Part shown: piece by piece, positions 24,579 to 36,547 of the stretch | Layout of the letters: each line of letters opens with the position of its first letter | How positions within the stretch are numbered: the first letter of the stretch is position 1 | DNA from: Guillardia theta CCMP2712 | Taxonomy: Eukaryota > Protista > Cryptophyta | DNA: 46,754 nucleotides | Direction: 5' to 3' | NCBI RefSeq assembly: GCF_000315625.1 | Contig: NW_005434671.1 | Coordinates: 1,242,488 to 1,289,241, forward strand | Notes under the pieces: model-generated | The model's input: the letters and a program-made list of their open reading frames with translations, nothing else | The model's database searches: none | What the model was told of the DNA's origin: nothing | Made by a program: the position numbers and the translations under genes

Positions 24579-25539
24579 GCGTTTCAGGGGTCGAGATTGC
24601 GATTTCCGTTGACGGGTCAGTATTATGGGGGGAAATTTGGACCGGGAATTTTAAATATTTTACTTTTACATTCAAGTTTTGAAATTTGATAACACAAGTT
24701 TCGAAAATTTAAGTGAAATTATTCAAATCGGTGGTTGTTCGAGGAAGTTTGGAGCCCCCCGCACGTGCCCACTGCCGCCAAAACATTCAACAGGGAAGAA
24801 CGGAAGATGAAGATGATGAAGGGAAGTTAGAATGCAAAGAGAAGATATGATAGGGAATGGATTGGATGGAGTGATGATGTCACGATGTATGCAGGAAAGT
24901 GGAGGGAGAAGATGGCAGAATGTAAATATGCGCTTGTGCCATGGAGAGATTGCGAAAAGTGGAGCAAGATAAAGTGAAAGAATAAAGAGGAAGTTGGATG
25001 GTGAAGTCAAAGAGGAGAAAGTCAGGCAGAGATCAGATGCAGTTGCAGAGATAGAGGAGAAAGAAAGAATGGAAGCGTGGATCAAGGTTGGGAGTAAGGG
25101 ACGGAGAAAGAAGGGATGGGATCCAAACAAGAAAGTTAACTGAGCAAGTCAGCCCATGCTTGTGAAAATATCGAAGCGGAAGCATTTGTGCAGAGAGAAG
25201 GTGGAAGGTGATGGACAGAGTCAAATGGTATCGAAAGGACGAGTATCAACAATGTTAACATGACAATGAGCAAGTAAAGCAAAAAGAAACTTGAACAGAC
25301 CTCCGACTTTTGCAAAAGATTTTCATTTCAATATGATTTTCAACATATCAATATCCTGAAGATGAGAAGTTGTCTGTAAGAATCCTCTATCGCTCTCCAC
25401 AGCACTTGTGCCATGCCATCACTGTTCGTCTCGACAGCCCAGATAAGGGAGCAACTGAAGGGCCAAGAGGATATTGAGGTTCACTCAGCTCTCCTTGTTC
25501 TCTTTCCTGTAGCCTGCAGTTGCTCAGGCTTGCAAGTCA

Positions 25540-26140
25540 ACAATCAGTTGTTACAGGATGAACATGACGTAATTCACTGCTACCATCATTCTTCATAGTT
25601 GCATCGTCATAGTCATCTACACAATCTACATCTTTCTGTCTGTCCATCCGTTTCTTGACGATTGAAGTGTCTTCACTGATTTTGCTTCCTCGTGGTATGA
25701 GACAAAGAAGCAAGCTCCTCCGCACTCACATAGCACAACCACGTATCATGGTACTCGCTGCCCAGCTTACACAGCGACCTCGCCCCTGGTTTCTCAAACC
25801 TCTGCCCGAGAGCCTGGCGGTACCAGTCACCTGCTCCCACGACCTCTCCTCTTCCATGCTGCACCTGGGCGATGGCTTCATCTTCATCCAGCCACTTCAC
25901 ACACCAGCACCTTGAGCAGGTTCAACGAACAGTGCGGGAAATCATCTCGATCACCCGTGATATCTTCTTGTTAACCTGCCATACTTGCCATAAAACTCCT
26001 TGAGTTGCATCCTGTTGGGATGATTCTCAAACTCCTCTGCTATCTTGACCCAGGCCCCTTCCTTCCATTGCTCGTCTCCTACCTCGCAGCACTTCTCGAT
26101 CAGTCTCCCGTCCAGCTGTCACTTGCTCGTCAGTCTTTCT
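25540..26140 (-). CDS. Hypothetical multi-exon protein (bounds uncertain)
   Basis: Splice-bounded segments reading LDGRLIEKCCEVGDEQWKEGAWVKIAEEF...YGKYGR/CWCVKWLDEDEAIAQV.../ARSLCKLGSEYHDTWLCY; no family recognised. Confidence 0.4.
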
Positions 26141-26489
26141 GCTTGAAATCATCGCAGAGGCGCTCACTGTTCTTCGAGAGCACATGGCAGTTGACGAACT
26201 AACAGGCGTCTCCTCCTCCTGCCTCCTCCAGCCCGTCCTGCTCCTGGACGCCCTCGCCTTGGTTGCTCCTGCTCGTCCTGCTCCTGGACGCCCTCGCCTT
26301 GGTTGCTCTCCTGCCCTCCTATCTCAACGGCTGCTAAGAGCTGAGGCGAACCTGAGAGGATGAATTCATTTCCATGCCAGTACAGCGAGAGGGAAGAGCG
26401 GAGGGAGGGAGGGAGGGAGGGAGGGAGCGGAGGGGAACATGCATAACAGAAGCGACGAAGGTAGGAAGCAAGAAGCTGCAGGAACGGGG

Positions 26490-26653
<164 letters not shown>

Positions 26654-26747
26654 AGCTTCAAGATGCTAGCAGAAGGACGAGAGACAGAAGAGGCGAAGAG
26701 AGTCTACGACGCGCATGAAGCTCCAGCATCACTGAGCCGATGTTCAG

Positions 26748-29700
26748 ATGGGTTACTGCGATACCATCGGCATTGACCTCGGCACAACAAGGTGGTAGCT
26801 TGAGACTGATTGGCAGGTAGCGCTGACGGAAGGGGCAGGTCGTCTGTGGCGGTATGGGACGGGACTCAGGTGCATGGCGCTGGTCTCGTTGGCGGGAGGA
26901 TCATCATGAAGATTCGCAGGTCCACGTCATTGCCAACGAGTCAGGAGACAACACAACTCCTTCCTGGGTGACCTACTGCAGCTCCAACTCTAGACGAGTT
27001 GGTAAAGCAGCGGAACGAGCAGCAGGTGAACGTCTCTTGTCATATTCCCACCTTCCCCCCCCCCCCCTCCGCCCTCTCCCTCCCTCCCTCCTAGCTGCCT
27101 GCTCTCATTTCCTCACAGGCAAGTACATACACGGAACTGTGTATCATGCAAAGAGGCTCATCGGACGTCCTTTCTCTCAAGACTTGATCGTGAGCATGAA
27201 GAGCGGGTTATGTAAACATGACGGGAGGACGGAAGGAGGAGAAGGCAGCCCTGCACTGGCCCTTCAACGTTGTGGACCAGGACGGAAATGCTGCGATAGG
27301 GATCAAGGTAGTTGGGCATCTCCGTTACTCATGCTGAGTCTTGTTGACGTCTCTTGATCAGGTGGAGGATGAGGACAAGATCGTGAGCCCCGAGGAGATT
27401 GCAGCAGCCATTCTCAGCTACCTCAAGAGGTTGTCCACACTATATCGTTCATCTCGCTCCCGCTGAATTTCTGGTAGAATTGCAGAAGAATACATTGGCA
27501 GAGCTGTGGACAAGGCAGTCATTACCGTCCCTGCCTACTTCAGCGATTCTCAAAGACAAGTGAGCCATGTTGACATCATCTTGCATCGAACTCATGTTTC
27601 AAATCATGTTGTATCGACTTGTTTCTTGTAGGACACATGGAATCAAGTGACAATTGACGCTTCTGTCAGGCTACGAGAGACGCAGGGCTCATTGCTGGCC
27701 TTGAGGTTGCTCCCCTCCTCGCTGCTCCTCCTCTGACAGCCCTCAAGGTCCGGAGGATACTCAATGAGCCGACCGCTGCTGCCCTCGCGTTTGGAGTGCT
27801 TGAGGTCTGCTGCTCGCGTCCTGCCCTCTTGTCATCCTCCCTCGCAGCCCGAGCACCCGATCCTCAAGTCGGTCTCTGCTCTTGCCAAGATCGAAACCTC
27901 CACAGAAGCCTCGCCGGCAGCGGAAGAAGCAGCCAGCAACGCTGAGAACACAAACCCTGACACTGCAGACCCTGAAGGCAGCTTGGAGGAGGCGGTAGCC
28001 GAGCACAACATGCTCGTGTTCGACTTCGGAGGAGGGACACTGGACGTGACGATCATGAAGATAAGCGGTATGTCCTCGCGAGCTGACGTCTCGTCGTAAC
28101 TTCGATGCCAATCAGGAATGTCGTTCAAGGTGAGGTCAACCGACGGGGACATGCAAGTTGGCGGTGAGGCTGCAGCTCATTTCCTACGAGTCAAGTAGGA
28201 GGTAACTGGCTCAGCGCAGGTGAAGATATCGACGCTCTTCTCGTGCAGCATTTCGTCAAGGTGTTCCGAGCCAAGACAGGTTCGTCGTCGTGTTTTGCTT
28301 CTCCTCTCTAACAGACCTGGCAGGAGTGGATCTGGAAGGGCATGCAGACGAAGCGAAGCGTCTCAAGGCCTACAAGAAGTTGACTCAGGTGACTTTCATG
28401 AGCACTGAGCGAGGGCGATTGACGGCATGCAGGCGTGTGCGCAACTGAAAGTTGAGCTGTCAAGAGTCATGGAGAGTGACATGTGCATAGATGACATGTT
28501 CGACGGGGTGAGACTCATGCGCACCTGCCGCGTTGCTTGCTCTTCCCCTGCTAATCTTTTTCAGATCGACTTTGAGACGAGTCTGACGCGAAAGGAAGTA
28601 AGACCTCAACGTCGTCTTCTGTGCATCAGCATTGAGCTTTGTCTAGTTCGAGGAGATAGCACAGCCTGTGTTTGCCAAACTCCAGGACCCGGTACGATTG
28701 GAGGTGCAACCTCAGCCCCTTCTGCTGACCTTCTTGTTGCAGATTGATAGAGCGCTGCATAAAGTGCATGGTGGGATTGAGCGAACAGACATCGACAAGG
28801 TTGCAATGACGATGAGCTTTCTTGCTTGACGCCTTTCACCTCAGATTCTGTTGGTCGGGGGATCTTCGCGAATCCCGAGGGTACAGGAGATGCTTCAGGT
28901 AAATGTTCACAGTTCCTCTCTTAAGATTCGAGTAGCTGAGTGCTGTCTGACAGGAAATGTTCCCCGGGACGGAACTTTGTCGGAGAATTAACCCAGTGAG
29001 GCACACGTGTACCAAAGATAATGCCTGATGAAGTTGTCCTAGGATGAGGCAATAGTGATCGGCGCTGCCATTGAGGTTCCGTTTTTCTGCATCCTCGCGT
29101 GACATGATGATTGTTCTTGCCAGGCCTCGAGGACTGTAGACATGATAGACGTTGTTCCACGACCACTGTGCATAGCTACAGCGAATCATCGTGACAGGTA
29201 AAATATCTTCTGAGCCTTGCACCAAGGTGAAACCAATTAGGTCGAGGTCATTTGCGACGCCGGTGATCAATGCTTGTACTCCGATCCCTCCAGGTCTTGT
29301 TGTCCGGCTTCTCAAGTCTCTCACTCAGTAGCTCAGAGGGCGTCTCCTACACCGAGTGCTTTGCAAACTCCAGGGACGACCAGACGTGCATCACGTTGCG
29401 AATATGCGAAGGTAGCCATGCCACATCTGCCCTCGTTCCTTATGGTTGGGACAGGCGAGGCTGAGTTCTTCGACGACAATGTCAAGCTTGGAGTCTTCGA
29501 AGTCACCGACATTCCACCGCGTCCACGGGGGCAGGTGACTCAGATCCTGACCTGTTGGCCTGCTGAAAGAAGAGCAGGTCACGATCAAAGTGAACATGAA
29601 GGTGGACAGCAACGGAATTCTCAGCGTGGCTGCGAAAGTGGACCAAACGGGGCAAGAGATGGAAGTTACTGGTATGAGTCATGCACTGTTGTGCATCGAA

Positions 29701-29860
29701 TTCATGGCTTGGGGCAGTGACATCGAACAAGGGAAGAATGACACCTGATCAAATTTTGGTAGGATTTCGTTTACACCTTGTTTCTAGAAATATTGATCCA
29801 GAAGTATTTCAGGAAAAGCAAGCTGAGAACCAGAGATATGAGGCGAACTCTCAATCATGA
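26748..29860 (+). CDS. Atypical Hsp70-family chaperone (many short introns; no helical lid or EEVD)
   Basis: GIDLGTT; TTPSWV; AKRLIGRPF; [43 protein letters not shown]; [11 protein letters not shown]; [12 protein letters not shown]; [20 protein letters not shown]; ends ...[15 protein letters not shown]. Confidence 0.9.
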
Positions 29861-30039
29861 CAAGCTCCGGGTGCTCACAGGAGTCTCGTTTGTTGCTTCG
29901 GGATGATTCTAATCATAAAGACGCATTGTGAAGGGAACCTTCACAAAGCTCTGACAAGCCATCATTCAACAGGGTTCATGCTGCCCTCGTCTTGTACGCA
30001 AGGAATATCTTACTCAGCAGCGAATTAGAACGCCACAAC

Positions 30040-30790
30040 TCAAACATCAACACATGCACCTCCTTGTGATTTGAAGCTCATCCATGTTTGATCTGCACGT
30101 TATGTCAACAAGACAACCATTGCCGAAATAATTGACCGAAGTGTGAGATTGCAAGAGAAAGTCGTGATTCTTCTTCATCATTCGCTTGCCTCAGCAGCAC
30201 CAATTGCTCCATCTGATCAGAAAGTCAATTCATGTTTAGATACCCTTGCGACTTTCAACATTTGAGCTCAGTAGTTGGGAATGGCGATCTTGCTTGTCCA
30301 AACTTTCGTGAAAGAATTCTTCGATTTTCTGAAACTGTCATTCTTGGTTTAAAAAGCTAGATTTCTAATCCATGATAAACAAAGTTTAACACCATAGTCT
30401 GGAGCCTGGACTTGATACTTGTAGAGATGGATTGACTGATTTCCTCAAAATTTTTCTTTTCGGTATTGATATCTTCGTAGCCTTGCAGAGATTTTGACGA
30501 AGCAAAGCGTTTTGAAATTACTTACCTGAGGCGCCATACTTTTCATTTTCATTTTCATAAGCATCATCATGTTTATCAGATGAAATTGTGTTTGACTGCA
30601 ACTTTGTCATGAAACTGGAGTTCACAATCGAATCCATAAGAACCTCCTCGATGTCATTTCGAGCATTCCCTTCATCCATCTCTCCTTTCTGTATAACATC
30701 ATTCGCTGACATCTATTGAGAAGAAGAGAGTCAGACTAGATCACGAGAGCTCACTCTCTGCCTATCATTTGCTCTTATTGTCTGCTTCAT
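30040..30790 (-). CDS. Hypothetical charged protein (multi-exon; 3' end uncertain)
   Basis: MKQTIRANDRQR/MSANDVIQKGEMDEG...YGASG/YEDINTEKKNFEEISQSIS with in-phase GT-AG introns. Confidence 0.45.
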
Positions 30791-31306
30791 ATTCACCACG
30801 CCATCGTCTCTCACTCCGCCATAACTGAAGCCACAAACTTCGTTTTGGGCGGTAAAACTCGATCACGGGGTGGGTCCTTGCTAAAACGGGGGTGGTCAGG
30901 GTAGGAATCCGAAGCAAATTCTCATCTAGTAGGCATAACTATATATATTAGCTGTCCTCATAATCTAATAAGTATTCACCTGCGGCGGGCTCGATAGTGC
31001 AATGTTCGGCTGGCCACTATGCGAGACCGAAGGAGTGCCACATCGCTCATTTGAGCTGTCAAGATCATCTTCGTGTTATCAGGATCGTCTTTGGTGTATG
31101 ACCATCAAGATCATCGTTTGTCTCATCAAGACCATCTTCGTCTTATCAAGAGAATCTTCGTCTTAGTCTTTCGTTCGCTGTGCTATTCAGTATCTTGTTC
31201 TTCCCACAAATCTATGGTGAGCAGTGCTCGTTTGAATCCATTCCGCTTGTCTTTGTGCTTTTGGTAGCTTCCGGTGTTGTGGTTGCATTTGCAAATCGAA
31301 AGACAA

Positions 31307-33683
31307 ATGACAGATTTCTTCAAGCCCAAACCGCCACCAGCTCCAAGCAATGTTCAAGTTAAAGACAAGACACCACACTCAATAGAATTCTGTTGGGATG
31401 AACCTCCAAGGCCAAAGGATATGCCCAAGAGTGAGATCTATATTATGGGGTATGAGGTTTTCTATAAGATTGAAGACTCGAAGCCCAAGAGAAGAATAGT
31501 TGACGGATTCACGACATCGATCCTCGTGAAAGGACTGAATCCAGGAACTTTGGTTCATGACTTCACTGTCAAGGGCCGCAGCGAAGGAGGATGGGGGATG
31601 GCCTCGCTGCCACCATTCCAGGCTCGCTCGTTGCCTGCTCCACCAGGACAGGTCGATTGGGCTGAAGTGACCGACTGCACTGATCATTCAGCGGACCTCA
31701 AGTGGTCCAAACCATCTGTTGAGAACGGTGCTGCCGTCAAGAATTACAAGATTCAAGTCTATCAACCAGGGAAAGATGGCTCGACCGTGGAGTTGGAGAC
31801 AGGAAGTGAGGTTTGTAGGTATGTCGTCACTGGACTGAAACCTGGAACTGCCTACATGTTCTCTGTCTGCGCGGAGAATGAGAGTGGCTGGGGCGCATGG
31901 GTGAGCTCACCGGCCTATGGACTTACAAGAGCTGCTCCTCCCACTCGTCCTACGGAAGTCATTGCAGTGAAAACCACAGTTGACTCAGTAACAGTTCGTT
32001 TCCGCACACCATTCTCTAATGGATCTGACCTGACAGGGTATGAATTGATCTACGAAGACGAGGAGAGACAGAAACTAGCTATCAACTTTAAGCTTGACGA
32101 CAGTGGGAATGCGGACACTCATTCAGTATCCAAGGAACTGAGCACGTGAGTGTCGCTGTTTTTCTGTTTCTTTTAGTCGCATTACAACATGTCAGAGCTG
32201 ACTGTGGTTTGCTAGGTGTACAGTGCAAGGGCTTCCCGCAGGATCCATCCTGCATGACGTCAGAGTCCGTGCCAAAAACTTAGCGGGATGGGGCGAGTAT
32301 TCGCTAGAGCCTCTCACGGTGATGACAGCAGGAAAGTTGGTGGCCTGGGGGGACAATGACTTTGGACAGCTTGGGGTGTCAGAACAAATGATGAACCATT
32401 CTCTAACAGATGTGCAGCAGACCTTCGACTTGCGAGTAGAGGACATGGCGTGTGGATCTGCCCATTCTGTGATTCTCTCCGATGGCAAGGTATTCACTTG
32501 GGGACAAAACAAACACGGCCAGCTAGGTCGTTTCACTTCAGAAGTAGATTTTCAACGGGGTGAAGTTGAGCTGTCAGGGTTTTTCTCTATCCAAACAGGT
32601 TCAGCAATTCCAGGGGTGAACGATGAACTGTCAGGAATGATCAGCGTAGAAATTTTGCGGCAAGATGGGCCAAGCGATTATCTTGGTAGTCTTGGTCCTA
32701 CGGCAAAAACAGATGGAAAATGTGTCCAGGTAGCAGCGGGATACAATTTCTCGATGGCTCTTACGGATAGGGGTGAGATCTTTGTGTTCGGGGAGGGAAG
32801 ACATGGAGTTCTGGCTCAAGGCGACGAGCTCTCAAAAAGCAGCCCTCAAGTCATCGACTCGCTCTCGGTACCAGGATATGTTGTGGATAAGATATTCTGC
32901 GGTGAACGACATTGCGCTTGTATCGTTCGATATGGACAGGCACTCACGTGGGGATGCGGCAGCGACGGTCAACTCGGCCATTCTTCTCGCGACGATGAGC
33001 ATTTCCCAAGGAAGGTAGAGCACTTGGCGAATGTTTCTGTTCGAACAATATCCTGTGGTTCAAAGCATACTTGTTTCCTTACTTCAGATAACTCCTTGTA
33101 CACCTGCGGAAACGGAAAAGATGGAAAGCTTGGCCATGGAGATGAAAGATCATATTTATATCCGAAGAAAGTCGAGACGTTGCAAGCAGTCAAAGAGGTT
33201 TCTTGTGGCGACTATCACACTGCCTGCATTGATGGAAAAAGTATTATTTACACGTTTGGAAGTGGAACAAGAGGACAACTAGGGTACAAGTTCGACGAGA
33301 TCAAAGGGTTCAGGACGTATTCCACTCTTGGTTCAAACACTTATGGCACGTGGAAATCGTTATTGCCTAAAGCGGTGATCTCGCTACATCAAAACGAGAT
33401 TGATGGTTTTCGACAACTTCGATGCGGACCCACCTGCACGTTTGCGGTCTCTAACGACAACGGTTTGTGGTGCTGGGGAGAAGGCCCACAAATAGATTCG
33501 ATCTTTGGAGCAAAAATGCATTTGTATGAGCCCAAGAAGGTCACCAAGTTCCATAAATTTCATGTTTCGGAGATCACCGTGGGTAGAAGTCACGTTCTTG
33601 TTATTCTCACGTCATACCCTTGGGGAACTGAGAAGCTGTCTTATGCTGCAACGGCGGATGATAGTGTGACGGACTTGTTCTGA
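31307..33683 (+). CDS. 3x fibronectin type III + RCC1-repeat beta-propeller protein; intron 32146-32215
   Basis: FN3 motifs (PPAP.NV...FCWDEP...GYEVFY...GLNPGT; LKWSKP...GLKPGTAYMFSVCAENESGWG; GLPAGS...VRAKNLAGWG) then RCC1 repeats (WGDNDFGQLG, ACGSAHS, WGQNKHGQLG, SCGSKHT, GNGKDGKLGHG). Confidence 0.9.
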
Positions 33684-33830
33684 TGTAAGAAAGAGTAAAA
33701 TGTTATATTGTTACACCAGTCATCTATTGTGCGCATGGATTTGAAAGGCTTCAACCATCAAGTTTTGCTCCTACATATCTCAATTGATGATCAGTGAGAT
33801 TATGATTTTACTGAGACAGGGAGACAGAGA

Positions 33831-34737
33831 TTACAAACCAAGAGCCTTCCCTCCTTCTCTTTCATCGTCATCTACTGGAACACCGTCGAGCTTTTTCAGC
33901 CATGGGATTCTCCCGGCAACGTTGATCCGATAGTCGTCCGATTTGGTATGCACCTCCCACAATGGGTTTCCTACAAACAGCAATTCTTCGATGTTGGGCA
34001 ACTCTTTCTGCAATCAGGTCAGGGAGGAAAAGAAAGTTCTTTCAACTTACAAACTTATCAAATTCAGTCCACTTTGCAATCAGGTTATTGCTCATGTAGA
34101 CTACTGTCAAATTTGTTAACTTCTCTATGCCATTCAATTTGTCCAAAAGATTATATGAGATCCACAGCTCCTTTAGAGTAGATGCAACGTCATCCAATCC
34201 TTCCAATTTTTTAATCTGATTTCGACCTAAAGACAACACTTCTAGTTGCTCTGCAAAGATGAGAAGATTAGCTCAGAAGAACAGGAGAATCAACTCACCA
34301 AGCCCTTTGAGACCAGCGATCTTTTCAATGCAGTTTGAAGAGAGTGAGAGGTGCTTGCAAGCTTTTAGTGTTCCAAGAGTGTTGTCCATCTTCACGACTG
34401 GAGGCAGTTGCCCATAAAGCAATACTTTGCTTTCCTCACTTGCAACACAGTTCCATTTTGTTTCCTGATCATCAGTTAGCCTTGATAAGGATCCTACTAC
34501 CTTTAACTCACAAAGTTCTTAATAGCATCCTTGATGGAGGTCTGCGGACCAACAGTCATAAAACCATGTCACATCTGTCCTCTTTGATTTCTTTTAAACA
34601 TAGTCCTCCAGTCTTTCTGCTAGCTGCATCATCTCATGCAGCCTTTGTTTGTCGTCTAAGTCGTATCTGAGCTGGATCTCGCGGCTCTGAATCTCCTTAT
34701 CTCCTTCTCCCTCTTCCTTGATACCCACATTCGACAT
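33831..34737 (-). CDS. DNAL1: Axonemal outer-arm dynein light chain 1 (LC1, LRR); start codon tentative
   Basis: [11 protein letters not shown]...[32 protein letters not shown].../[29 protein letters not shown]...YMSNNLI...LFVGNPL...[15 protein letters not shown]. Confidence 0.93.
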
Positions 34738-35280
34738 GAACCATCTGTTTTGGACCCGAAATACCCTGAATCAGTGTAGAAGAAATGAATTCTCATTTTC
34801 CTTTCCTCTTGCTGCATTATTGTGCTCTCTCCCCTGCCTTCCCTGGATCCTCTCACATTTCAATCCTGAAATATCTTCTAGCTATTCAAAATCGGAACTT
34901 CTTTCTCCACTTGTTCAAGTTCGTGTCAGTCCCTTCAAGTACGTCCTATCTTCTTCCCCGCTTCCTTTCTTCGCTCCCTCCCTCCCTCAGTCCGTCCCCA
35001 TCTTTCATCCCGCGCAATCGCTCGTCTCACCATTGCCGCTGAGCCGTTGGCCCTACTCCCGTTGGTTCCGCGGCGCTGACTCGATGTTCTGTGAAAGGGA
35101 CAAAAGTCTGAGGCGGACTCACCAGTCATTTTTGGGGATCGGACTCTGGGAGCCGCCGAGTGCGGTACTGGGGAGTGCGGTATGTATGGAGTCCGATCAC
35201 GATCAGATGAGCTGAGACTGAGTCGAGCCGTCTGATCGCATCGCAGGTCCTGCTCGGAGATTTCACAGGTAGCGAGCTAT

Positions 35281-35804
35281 ACCACTGGCCAACACCACCC
35301 ATCATCGAGTCACATCAAGCTATATGTACCAACCGCACGCACCACCCATCACATCAAGCTATATGTACCAACACCACCGGCATCACATCAAGCTATACCA
35401 ACACCACCCATCACATCAAGCTATATGTACCAATACCACCCATCACATCAAGCTACATGTACCAACACCACCCATCACATCAAGCTATATGTACCAACAC
35501 CACCCATCACATCAAGCTATATGTACCAATACCACCCATCACATCAAGCTATATGTACCAACACCACCGGCATCACATCAAGCTATACCAACACCACCCA
35601 TCACATCAAGCTATATGTACCAATACCACCCATCACATCAAGCTATATGTACCAACACCACCCATCACATCAAGCTATATGTACCAACACCACCGGCATC
35701 ACATCAAGCTATACCAACACCACCGGCATCACATCAAGCTATATGTACCAATACCACCCATCACATCAAGCTATATGTACCAACACCACCGGCATCACAT
35801 CAAG
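35281..35804. repeat. ~32-bp minisatellite (CATCACATCAAGCTATATGTACCAA[C/T]ACCACC) with shorter and longer variants, ~16 units
   Basis: Direct reading; intergenic between divergent DNAL1 and the methyltransferase. Confidence 0.95.
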
Positions 35805-36547
35805 TGCTTAATGAAAGGTCAAAGCACACATACAGCGGCATGATAAGATGGGAGCGAAAGAAGGGCGGCAGATAAACAACCTGCATTTTCATGCCTTCCA
35901 CTTCACTAACGAGCCTCCTCAATTTAGATCAGGAGCGATCAAGGCCACTTCAGCTTTCTCTTCTCAATTTTTCGTGTCGAATTCTATGATTGTAAATCAT
36001 TCTCAATTTATCCAGCGGAATTGTTATGTGCACTTCTTTGGTTGTTGTGTGATATGACGGTCCTGCTTGTTCCTGCTTTCTCCTGCTTGAGGCACTTTTT
36101 CCCTTATGCGAGTAAAACTTATCTCTGGCTCAATGCTGAGGTTCCAAAATACGAGTCGAGGAGTGCGAAGACTTGCGTGACTGATTCGTTGGAGCTCCTG
36201 AGCTGTCAGCTGTGATTCTTACGAAGCCGTAATCAGCGTCTTTGAAATATCATCCAAGTTCGGCAACTTTCATCGTCAACGCCTCATCTATTCTCACTCA
36301 ACGATCTTTGTTCTATCTGGTTCGAATTTCTTCTCCATTGCTACCATTTCATCCTGCTCCACTCCGTCCCCTCGCAGCCATCCTCATCTATTCCTTTGTT
36401 TCTACCGGCTCCCTGGTACTTGCCTCCTAGCCTCCTCTGAGTCACCCTACGCTTCCTTCCCATGTCACATGCTCGCATCGCAAGCTCGTCGATATTTGTG
36501 GGGTGAAAAAAAAACTCCTTCCCCCGATCTGCTGTCGGGTGGCCGCA

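Noticed and set aside
35281-35804. CRISPR-like array, or the His/Pro/Thr-repeat ORFs in all three frames
   Set aside because: Units are contiguous without unique spacers, there are no cas genes and the context is eukaryotic; the ORFs are by-products of a stop-free repeat.
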